Origin: Obrimoposthia wandeli
Lineage: Eukaryota
Direction: 5' to 3'
NCBI GenBank assembly: GCA_977020255.1
Contig: CDROCS010000506.1
Coordinates: 186,001-250,000 of the forward strand
Length of the DNA: 64,000 nt
Position numbers and translations under genes: made by a program
The notes under the pieces: generated by a model
The model's input: only the letters and a program-made list of their open reading frames with translations
Database searches by the model: none
Told to the model about the DNA's origin: nothing
Shown here: in pieces, positions 1 through 7,667 of the stretch
Layout of the letters: every line of letters starts with the position of its first letter
Numbering within the stretch: the stretch's first letter is position 1

Positions 1-234
1 CTCACAGATCCCAACTCTACATTGTATGGCAATGCTGACAACATGCTTTATCCCAACATAAAAGTGACCCACAAATATAAAGGGTTACAGGCTATGTTTA
101 TCAATCGAATGCACTACCTTCACGATACCCTAGGTTATGATATTTACTTTCCCGAAGATGATCTTGACCGCCCCCCAGCAGAGTTTGTCACGTTACTGCG
201 TCAATTTAAAACACATTGTCCTAGATCAGTGTAA
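1..234 (+). CDS. 3' end of an unidentified protein (runs off window start)
   Basis: Frame open from base 1 to TAA at 232-234; no family motif recognised. Confidence 0.45.
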   Translation, partial: LTDPNSTLYGNADNMLYPNIKVTHKYKGLQAMFINRMHYLHDTLGYDIYFPEDDLDRPPAEFVTLLRQFKTHCPRSV

Positions 235-235
235 A

Positions 236-250
236 TGGTAATAATTATCA
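236..250. promoter_or_regulatory. Fur box (7-1-7)
   Basis: TGGTAAT-A-ATTATCA, one mismatch from TGATAAT-N-ATTATCA, ~90 bp upstream of the 673-aa gene. Confidence 0.75.
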
Positions 251-257
251 ATTAGAC

Positions 258-301
258 TTGCATTAAATATTTTTATATGGATAATACGAACTATTCTCAT
301 T
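258..301 (+). promoter_or_regulatory. Putative sigma70 promoter overlapped by a second Fur-like box
   Basis: TTGCAT (258-263)-N16-GATAAT (280-285); AATACGAACTATTCTCATT (283-301) matches AATGAGAATNATTCTCATT at 15/18. Confidence 0.5.
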
Positions 302-339
302 AAGACATAGTCTATTATAAAAAATAAAAAGGATTTGTT

Positions 340-2361
340 GTGAAAAAGTCTGCCCTTTGCTTTGCCATCTCTTCAGCTTTACTTACTGCTTCATTTGCAT
401 CACATGCTGCAAACGTACAAGTACTTGATAAAACACTTTCTCCTGCTGCAAACTTTCTTGCATATACAGAATTCGAATTATCAGGTGAACCACTTGCTGA
501 ATCTCTTGGTTTAGACCTTGACGTTTTAGACCCTAACCAAGTTGACCAGCCGACTGCATTCGATTATGCCGCTGGTATTGAAAGTTATGAATACTCAGAA
601 GAAGCGATGTATGCGTTAAACTACCAGTCTACGATGGGTCCTCACCTTGTAAATGGTCCAGTAAACCAAGCTCGCGGTGGTTCTCTTGCCGATCTAGGTA
701 AACGTTTCATCTCACTAGCAGGAGCAGTTGGTTTCCCAAGTGAAGAAATTCCATTAAATATGTATCCTATCTCTGTACCATACGTATCAGGTAATCCTGA
801 GTTCGTCGGTAAAGTAGATACAACTAAAGTAAATGGCGAAGAACTAGAAGTATTATCAGCAACAGGTAAAGCAGCAGTTCACAACACCGTAATTCCAGCT
901 TACTTCCGTGACTACAAAACACTCGCATGGGACAGCGCAAGTTTCGATAAAGCCTTAAACCCTGGCGCAATCGGCAGCATCTTCCTTAAAGAAGTCATGT
1001 GGTCACAAGATTTTCTCGGTGGCATGCACGTTACGACGACAGATGAAGAAGTTGAAGCAACATCAAGTACAATGGATCAAGATGGCGTACACAGTCTTGG
1101 TGTATCCGCTGCCGATGGTTTCAACGGTATGATCTTAACTGAAATGTCACTAGATAAGTTACTTATCCTACAACAGCAACTTGGCTTTGACGGTAACAAG
1201 CTAGGCGTTAAATTTGGTCCTGATTATGATGCATCTAAAAAACCTATCTGGTTTGCACATAAAGTCGCTGTTAAAGAAACACAGAAAAACAACGTCAATC
1301 ACATCGGTGAATTATCAGTAACAGATGGTTCTTCGTCATTACGTGATACTTGGATGCTATTGTGGCCAGTAAGTGAATTCTATGCATTTACTGACCAGCG
1401 TACAGCGAACACAGCGCAAAACCCAGCATTCAAAGCTGTGTTTGATGGCAAACCATTTGCTGCAGCACCAAAACAAAATATTGATAACAAGACAAGCAAC
1501 AATGTAATCGCTGACGATGCTTTCTCTGTTGCCAGCAACGTGGCTAACCTGTCGTTCCAAAACTTAGCAAACCTACATTTCAATAAGAAAGCAGGTACGT
1601 TTGTTACTCAATACGACGGCAAGCAAAATGCACAAGTTGAGACATTTGACGCGGCATACAGCATCGTAGCACTATCAATTTACCAACGTTCACAAGATGC
1701 ATTACCAGTAGGTTATGCAGCAGCAGACGGCGGTGATGTAGATTTAGCAACACCTCAAGGTAAACAAGCACTTAGTCTAATCAAAGCCCAAGCAGATTAC
1801 ATCGTTAACACGTTAGTAGCGAAAAATGGTCTCGTATATGACGGCGCCACAATTGGTAAATCAGTAGATAAAAATCAATCACTTGACGCGCAATTCTCTG
1901 CAATTCGTGGCTTAGTTGCTGCTTACCTTGCAACACAAGACGAAAGCTACAAGCAAGCAGCACGTTCAATCTTCCTTGCGGTAGAGAAAAACATGTTTGA
2001 TGCAGAACTAGGTACTTGGGCACAAACGCCAGGTAAAGCAACAATCCACACACCATTAACTGCTGCAGCAATCTCGGGTGGTTTACGTGAAACAATGCTT
2101 CACCTTGCTAACGAAGAAGCCGAGCATGTTCCAGCACTCGAACTACAACACTTAACAGAGCGTTACACTGCTTGGTTCAAGAAAGTAGTAAACGGTGGTC
2201 AACAATTATCAGAATGGGTTGGTGATTCAGGTGAAAACTTACTGAAAGACAACAATACTACCGATTCAGATAATGATGGCGTACACCAAGTAACAGGTGC
2301 AGGTGGTAAATTTGGTACAGCGCAAACGATGGCAGCAAAAGTGTCGGTTAGTGCAAACTAG
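340..2361 (+). CDS. Large secreted acidic protein of unknown function; C-terminal region possibly alpha/alpha-barrel-like
   Basis: 673-aa ORF, GTG start after AAGGA RBS, Sec signal ending ASHA; Asp/Glu-rich; DSDNDG motif; helix segment AIRGLVAAYLATQDESYKQAARSIF recalls six-hairpin/YyaL-type repeats; codon choice looks like a highly expressed gene. Confidence 0.85.
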   Translation: MKKSALCFAISSALLTASFASHAANVQVLDKTLSPAANFLAYTEFELSGEPLAESLGLDLDVLDPNQVDQPTAFDYAAGIESYEYSEEAMYALNYQSTMGPHLVNGPVNQARGGSLADLGKRFISLAGAVGFPSEEIPLNMYPISVPYVSGNPEFVGKVDTTKVNGEELEVLSATGKAAVHNTVIPAYFRDYKTLAWDSASFDKALNPGAIGSIFLKEVMWSQDFLGGMHVTTTDEEVEATSSTMDQDGVHSLGVSAADGFNGMILTEMSLDKLLILQQQLGFDGNKLGVKFGPDYDASKKPIWFAHKVAVKETQKNNVNHIGELSVTDGSSSLRDTWMLLWPVSEFYAFTDQRTANTAQNPAFKAVFDGKPFAAAPKQNIDNKTSNNVIADDAFSVASNVANLSFQNLANLHFNKKAGTFVTQYDGKQNAQVETFDAAYSIVALSIYQRSQDALPVGYAAADGGDVDLATPQGKQALSLIKAQADYIVNTLVAKNGLVYDGATIGKSVDKNQSLDAQFSAIRGLVAAYLATQDESYKQAARSIFLAVEKNMFDAELGTWAQTPGKATIHTPLTAAAISGGLRETMLHLANEEAEHVPALELQHLTERYTAWFKKVVNGGQQLSEWVGDSGENLLKDNNTTDSDNDGVHQVTGAGGKFGTAQTMAAKVSVSAN

Positions 2362-2441
2362 TCTCACCCTTTTGGCAATGAATAGCCATCTCGCAGTACA
2401 CGGTTTAAATTAACATGTGGCTGCGAAATTAACATAAAGTT

Positions 2442-2477
2442 GCAAAAAGGGATGAGATTTTACTCAGCCCTTTTTGC
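2442..2477 (+). terminator. Intrinsic terminator/attenuator inside the cluster
   Basis: GCAAAAAGGGATGAG...CTCAGCCCTTTTTGC hairpin with T tract. Confidence 0.7.
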
Positions 2478-2511
2478 GTTTTCATTACGTCGATATGAAT
2501 AAGGTTTTATC

Positions 2512-2994
2512 ATGTCAATTCAAATAGCTACCTCAACCAGTGATAATGCTTGGTCACGTTTACAAGATCATTTTAAACGTTTAGCCTTTCACCACAAAAA
2601 AGCCGAAGCAATATTATATTTAATGTTCTTATCAGGGCTTTTACTGTGGCCATTTATCAGCATTCCATGGCAAGTAGAACGCACTGTACTGCTCATGCAT
2701 ATGCTTGCTGGTATTAGTATCTTCCCTGCTTTTGTTGGTAGTTTTTGGCTGTCTCATCGAAATCTTATTCAAAAAAGTAACAAGAAATTCTTGCGTCAAA
2801 CTGGCAATGTGATTGAGTACTTACTTGTTACTTGCACTCTGACTGGTGTTTATCTCACTTTTTGGGGAAACACAGGTAATGACTTCAGTATCCTGATGCA
2901 AGATATCCATTTTTACAGCTCATGGTTACTTACCCCGCTTGTTCTTCGCCACGCATGGCGCTGGACTGTCATTAAATTCTTTAGGAAGTCATAA
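2512..2994 (+). CDS. Small multi-pass membrane protein, cytochrome b-like
   Basis: 160 aa, ~4 hydrophobic segments, His pairs in TM helices including H-x13-H (IHFYSSWLLTPLVLRH). Confidence 0.65.
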   Translation: MSIQIATSTSDNAWSRLQDHFKRLAFHHKKAEAILYLMFLSGLLLWPFISIPWQVERTVLLMHMLAGISIFPAFVGSFWLSHRNLIQKSNKKFLRQTGNVIEYLLVTCTLTGVYLTFWGNTGNDFSILMQDIHFYSSWLLTPLVLRHAWRWTVIKFFRKS

Positions 2995-2995
2995 T

Positions 2996-3844
2996 ATGTT
3001 TGCCAGTTTTTTAATTACTTTCCGTGAAGGACTCGAAGCCTTCCTACTTGTAGGCATCATTCTGTCTTACCTCGCCAAGCTTGGTGAATCAAAACACAAC
3101 AAACTTATCTATATTGGAGTGGCGCTGGGTTTAATTGCCTCGTTAATTGTTGCTTTCATTTTCCAGTTTGTAGTCGACCAGTTTGACTCCCATGAATATC
3201 GTAATTTATTAATGGCGGGTATTTTAAGCTTTGCGACTGTCGTCCTTACCTACATGGCAATTTGGATGCAACGCCAGGCTAAAAGCCAAGTAGCAAATAT
3301 GCAGAACAATATCCGTGCAATATTAACCACGGGTAACGTTTTTGGGTTAATCTTTCTGGCCTTCCTAGCTGTGATGCGCGAAGGCTTCGAAACCGTGTTA
3401 TTTTTCTCAGCATTGATGTATTCAGGCCAAGGCGACTTTTCATTACAAGATGGTTTAATTGGCGCAGGCGCCGGTCTTGTTGCATCGCTTGTACTCGTTA
3501 TCGTATTAATGCGTGGTACCCGTAAAGTACCAATCCAAGCATTCTTCAAATGGACTAGCTTGTTAATCATTATTATTGCCGCTGGGCTATTATCTTCAGC
3601 AACCAATATGCTACAGAGCGCCGACGTATTGCCCGTATTCCAAACAGCCGTATTTGATATTAGCCATATCCTTGATGATCAAGGTGTATTTGGCACTTTC
3701 TTACGGGCTTTATTTGGTTATAATTCATCACCAAATCTATTACCACTGCTTGTTTGGATTATTTATTTAGCGGTATTTAGCGTTTTCTGGCAGCGTGGTT
3801 ATCAAACACAGGCCAAACCAACAGCTAATGTAAGTAATACATAG
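2996..3844 (+). CDS. FTR1-family iron permease
   Basis: Two RExxE motifs (FREGLE, MREGFE), ~7 TM; true start ATG 2996 follows AGGAAG RBS and upstream stop (track start 2939 too long). Confidence 0.92.
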   Translation: MFASFLITFREGLEAFLLVGIILSYLAKLGESKHNKLIYIGVALGLIASLIVAFIFQFVVDQFDSHEYRNLLMAGILSFATVVLTYMAIWMQRQAKSQVANMQNNIRAILTTGNVFGLIFLAFLAVMREGFETVLFFSALMYSGQGDFSLQDGLIGAGAGLVASLVLVIVLMRGTRKVPIQAFFKWTSLLIIIIAAGLLSSATNMLQSADVLPVFQTAVFDISHILDDQGVFGTFLRALFGYNSSPNLLPLLVWIIYLAVFSVFWQRGYQTQAKPTANVSNT

Positions 3845-3868
3845 AAGCTAGCTAGCGATCAATATATA

Positions 3869-3970
3869 GAGTGGATAGCATAAACTAAGACAACTGTTGC
3901 AGGCATGGATGCCAGCCCAAGCCCCCATGGATGGGTTTACGGCGCGTTGGCGTGCTTATGTTATCTGCTC
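3869..3970. repeat. ~100-bp palindromic intergenic (MITE/REP-like) element
   Basis: Imperfect terminal inverted repeats GAGTGGATAGCATAA / TTATGTTATCTGCTC, internal GGCATGGATGCC palindrome, GC-richer than flanks. Confidence 0.55.
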
Positions 3971-4055
3971 GAAGGCTGCCAGTAGTTACAAATAATTATT
4001 CGCCGCTTAATAAAACTGTCTATTTGAAAAAAACTAATTTTAAACTGAGTTAATA

Positions 4056-5531
4056 ATGTCGAAAAAAATTGTAATTTTAGGCGCAGGTCCAGCTGGACTG
4101 ATGGCCGCATGGGAATTTAATCAAGCTGGCTATGAAGTCACCATCCTAGAACGTGAAGAGTTTGTTGGCGGTATGTGCGCAACCCAAACATTCCAAGGTG
4201 AAAAAGGCGAATACCGTTTTGATTACGGTGGCCATCGCTTTATTACTAAAAATCCGAAACTATTACAGTTTATCGACGATTTAATGACGGATGATCTGCT
4301 TTATGCTGAACGTACCAGTGTGATCCGTTTTAAAGGCCGTACCTACAACTACCCACTCGCGATTGGTAACCTACTGCGTAATGCGCCGATCAGCTTATTA
4401 GCGGGCGCAGCGGTAGATTTAGTATTTAAACTACCTTTCCAAAAACGCCCAAGTGAACAGAGCACCAGTAACTTTGCCGAATGGATTGAAACGCGCTTTG
4501 GTACCACGTTATACAAAAACTTCTTCGAAGGTTACACCGGTAAGCTTTGGGGCATCGACCCACGTCAACTCTCTGCTGACTGGGCATCACAACGTATAAG
4601 CTTGTTAGATTTAAAAGATGTGGCACGAAGATTAATACCCACGCGCGGCGCAACACCTCGTACCTATGCTAAGAAATACCGTTATCCTAAACTCGGCTTT
4701 GGTCAAATGTATACCAAGCTTGCTGAAAAGTTACAGCTGCAAGGCGTAACCATAGTACAAGGTGCGAATATCAGCGCGTTGCAGCAAGGCCATGATCCAC
4801 GTAAACATAATGAGCTTAATAAGAGCAATAGCATTGATGCCGTGACTTATGAGTTTAACGGTGAAACTCATACGATTAGCTGTGATCATGTTGTCGGCAC
4901 AATTCCATTACCTGTGGTTTGTACATTAACAGGGTTCGATTCAGGTCTAACTTATCGTTCACTGCGCTTTTTCAACATGCCAATGGCAACAGAAAATGTG
5001 TCACAGAATACCTGGCAGTACCTGTCCGACCCAGAATTAATCGGCACTCGTTTGCAAGAACCTCGTCGCCGTTCACCCTTCATGGCCCCCGAAGGACAAA
5101 CATCTGTGATGATTGAGATCCCTTGTGACAAAGGTGATGATGTTTGGAACATGGACAACGACAAACTATTAAAACGAGTAAAAGAAGACCTTGATCATTT
5201 AGACGTACCCGATGTCAGTACCGGTGAATACTTTACCACTTACACGGAATACGCTTATCCGATGATGGACGTGCGCTATAACGCCAAACGTGAAGCCGCG
5301 ATTAAACACCTTAACCAATTTGATAATTTGGTCATGACTGGTCGCCAAGGTACTTTCCGTTATATTTTTACTGATACAGCAATGGAAATGGGCTTAATGG
5401 CTGCAGAAGGTATTATTAAAGGTGAAGATAATCGCCGTCAGATCTTTGATCACCGTAACGAAAAAACAGTCATTGAAGTGCAAAGCATTATGGATGATAA
5501 AAAAACACCAGAGGGTAAAAATGTCACTTAA
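4056..5531 (+). CDS. FAD-dependent oxidoreductase, UDP-galactopyranose mutase/HemY-like superfamily
   Basis: GAGPAG dinucleotide fold, DYGGHRF, YAYPM, GRQGTFRY motifs; 491 aa. Confidence 0.8.
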   Translation: MSKKIVILGAGPAGLMAAWEFNQAGYEVTILEREEFVGGMCATQTFQGEKGEYRFDYGGHRFITKNPKLLQFIDDLMTDDLLYAERTSVIRFKGRTYNYPLAIGNLLRNAPISLLAGAAVDLVFKLPFQKRPSEQSTSNFAEWIETRFGTTLYKNFFEGYTGKLWGIDPRQLSADWASQRISLLDLKDVARRLIPTRGATPRTYAKKYRYPKLGFGQMYTKLAEKLQLQGVTIVQGANISALQQGHDPRKHNELNKSNSIDAVTYEFNGETHTISCDHVVGTIPLPVVCTLTGFDSGLTYRSLRFFNMPMATENVSQNTWQYLSDPELIGTRLQEPRRRSPFMAPEGQTSVMIEIPCDKGDDVWNMDNDKLLKRVKEDLDHLDVPDVSTGEYFTTYTEYAYPMMDVRYNAKREAAIKHLNQFDNLVMTGRQGTFRYIFTDTAMEMGLMAAEGIIKGEDNRRQIFDHRNEKTVIEVQSIMDDKKTPEGKNVT

Positions 5532-6159
5532 AGCGACTAATACAACGTTTGTGAAAACAAGCGTAATAAACACCAGCATGATGAAATCATTTATCCTAAG
5601 CTTTTTTGTCTTGCTATTTAGCACACAAAGTTTTGCTTATTCTTATGCTGCAGCAGGTAAAGAACCGTTAATTGAAGGACGAGAAGTGCTATTAAAAGCA
5701 TTATCAACGGATGATTATACCGCTGTACAAGCTGCCTATAATACCATGCAAGCTGAGTTCGTTTACTTCAATGAACACCATGGTTTAAATCTTGATGAAC
5801 AGATGGAAAAAGCCATCTCAAATAAAGACCAGCAAGGTGTAACGGGGGCACTCGTCACCACGATGAAAGCCGAAGTAATGCGCCGCCTTGAAGGTGCAGA
5901 GCAAAACATTAACGATTACCAAGTCGCTAAAGTGTTAGTGGTCAAAAGTAAGTTATTTATTGATTTACTGGCTGCTGATTTGACGGCTGATAATCGCCAG
6001 AAAGCAGATGTAGCGATCCGTGGGGCGCTCGCCTCTATCGGTAACCCAGGGGTATTTGGTGTTGGTCAAAAACCTGCCGATTTAACACGCTTTATTGCCT
6101 TCCGTACTGACTTACAAACGGCACTGCAATTTACATTACCCGATGCACCAACGAAGTAG
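5521..6159 (+). CDS. Secreted all-helical protein of unknown function
   Basis: ATG 5521 after GAGGG RBS overlaps upstream stop (alternative start 5578); signal-like FILSFFVLLFSTQSFA; amphipathic helices. Confidence 0.75.
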   Translation: MSLKATNTTFVKTSVINTSMMKSFILSFFVLLFSTQSFAYSYAAAGKEPLIEGREVLLKALSTDDYTAVQAAYNTMQAEFVYFNEHHGLNLDEQMEKAISNKDQQGVTGALVTTMKAEVMRRLEGAEQNINDYQVAKVLVVKSKLFIDLLAADLTADNRQKADVAIRGALASIGNPGVFGVGQKPADLTRFIAFRTDLQTALQFTLPDAPTK

Positions 6160-7576
6160 TAAGCCTTGCTACGCTGATTTAATTATCGGTATTAGCGTAA
6201 TAGCCTGCATTGCAGGCTATTTTGGCTTACTCAATTATTACAGTTTTGATATTAGCAGTGATGATGCACTGTACTTTCAGCGTGCATTAACTTATTTTTC
6301 GGTATTAGAGTTCAGCCCTCACTTTCCTGGATATCCTGGCTTTGTATGGTTAGAACGCCTTGTCTATGCAATCAGTCAACACCCGAACAGTAATGTATTA
6401 GTCAGTTACTTTTCTGCCATAGCATTAACCTTAAGCGTTTTTGCCTATTGTTATCAGCGCATGCATACCAAGTCATTTGCATTAGTCGCTGTACTGTTGT
6501 TTTTAGTGCAGGGCAATATCGCCGAATTAGCCTTTAACGGTTTGTCTGATGCTTCAGCATTGTGGTTTTTTAGCTTATATTTATTATGCACGCGCTTTGA
6601 TCCACCACCGTTACAAAGACCGACATTCACAGCTACATTTACCACAACATGCACAGCGATTATCAGCGGCTTATTATTGGCGGCATGTTTAGCAACGCGG
6701 CCGTCTTATTTACCTTTAGTTAGCAGCGCGATGCTATTGGCACTCTGTTACCAAGATAAAATCCAATCAAGCTATAAACAACTTGGTTGGCAGATAATCA
6801 GTATTACTGTTATTGGATTTATTTGCGCACTCTATGTGTTTATGCAAGACGGCTGGGCTTATTTTGAAGAAGGTCAACGCTTTACCCAAGGCCATTTTGC
6901 TATTTGGGGCAATACCACAAGGTCCACTGACTCATTACTCAGCCAGTGGCTGACAACATTAACCAATACCTATTCCACTTTCGGGCTGATATTATTAACC
7001 TCAATCCTCGTCATTGGTTTATATATCACCAAAACCCGTGGACTCAGTATTCTAGCCTGTTGCTGGTTAGCTTGGATAATTCGTGGACAAAACCCAGAGA
7101 ACATTCGTCATTTAGCTGTATTGGGCTTATTGCTGCCAATAATCAGCGGGCAGCTACTTGAATATTTTTATCATACCCAGCGCCTTCGCCCCGTCCTTAT
7201 TTTATTCATAGGGGGGTTATTAATAACCTTAAGTAGTCACAGTCTCAAGCAATTTACCGCACAAAAAAATGCACCCGTATTACAAGCGAGTCAGTTCTTA
7301 AATACCATAGAAAAACAACAAATCATCATCAGTAATTATAATATTGATAACCTGCGTAATAATCTGCCCCAGCATGTCGTGTTAGACCGTCATTATCAAA
7401 ACAGCAGTAATTACCAAGCCCAACAGCAAGACTACTGGCGTCTAAGCAGTAATAAGCTAGACTCGAATCCACTGGATAATGAACATTTAGTGGCTCAATT
7501 TAAAGGTCGTTTTCTTGGTGAGCGCAGTTTATACCTCTATTACTTTGATCCTAATCATTTAAGCTCGCAAACATAA
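6143..7576 (+). CDS. Polytopic membrane protein, GT-C/PMT-like glycosyltransferase candidate
   Basis: N-terminal TM followed by acidic loop SSDDALYF...SPHFPGYP, then ~10 TM and a soluble C-terminal tail; start uncertain (6095 TTG or 6143 ATG). Confidence 0.6.
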   Translation: MHQRSSKPCYADLIIGISVIACIAGYFGLLNYYSFDISSDDALYFQRALTYFSVLEFSPHFPGYPGFVWLERLVYAISQHPNSNVLVSYFSAIALTLSVFAYCYQRMHTKSFALVAVLLFLVQGNIAELAFNGLSDASALWFFSLYLLCTRFDPPPLQRPTFTATFTTTCTAIISGLLLAACLATRPSYLPLVSSAMLLALCYQDKIQSSYKQLGWQIISITVIGFICALYVFMQDGWAYFEEGQRFTQGHFAIWGNTTRSTDSLLSQWLTTLTNTYSTFGLILLTSILVIGLYITKTRGLSILACCWLAWIIRGQNPENIRHLAVLGLLLPIISGQLLEYFYHTQRLRPVLILFIGGLLITLSSHSLKQFTAQKNAPVLQASQFLNTIEKQQIIISNYNIDNLRNNLPQHVVLDRHYQNSSNYQAQQQDYWRLSSNKLDSNPLDNEHLVAQFKGRFLGERSLYLYYFDPNHLSSQT

Positions 7577-7585
7577 CTGCAATTA

Positions 7586-7629
7586 TTGCACTATCGCGCC
7601 AAAACTATATAATGATAACCATTCTTAAT
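7586..7629 (+). promoter_or_regulatory. sigma70 promoter with overlapping Fur box for the cytochrome gene
   Basis: TTGCAC (7586-7591)-N16-TATAAT (7608-7613); AATGATAACCATTCTTAAT at 7611-7629. Confidence 0.65.
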
Positions 7630-7667
7630 CGCAATACCACTCACCCCTGTCAAGATGCTGTAAATCT

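Noticed and set aside
340-2361. GlyGly-CTERM rhombosortase target in the large secreted protein
   Set aside because: The GAGG near the C-terminus is not followed by a TM helix and basic tail
4056-5531. Calling the flavoprotein hemY/hemG or glf
   Set aside because: Superfamily motifs only; not close enough to either to assign a symbol
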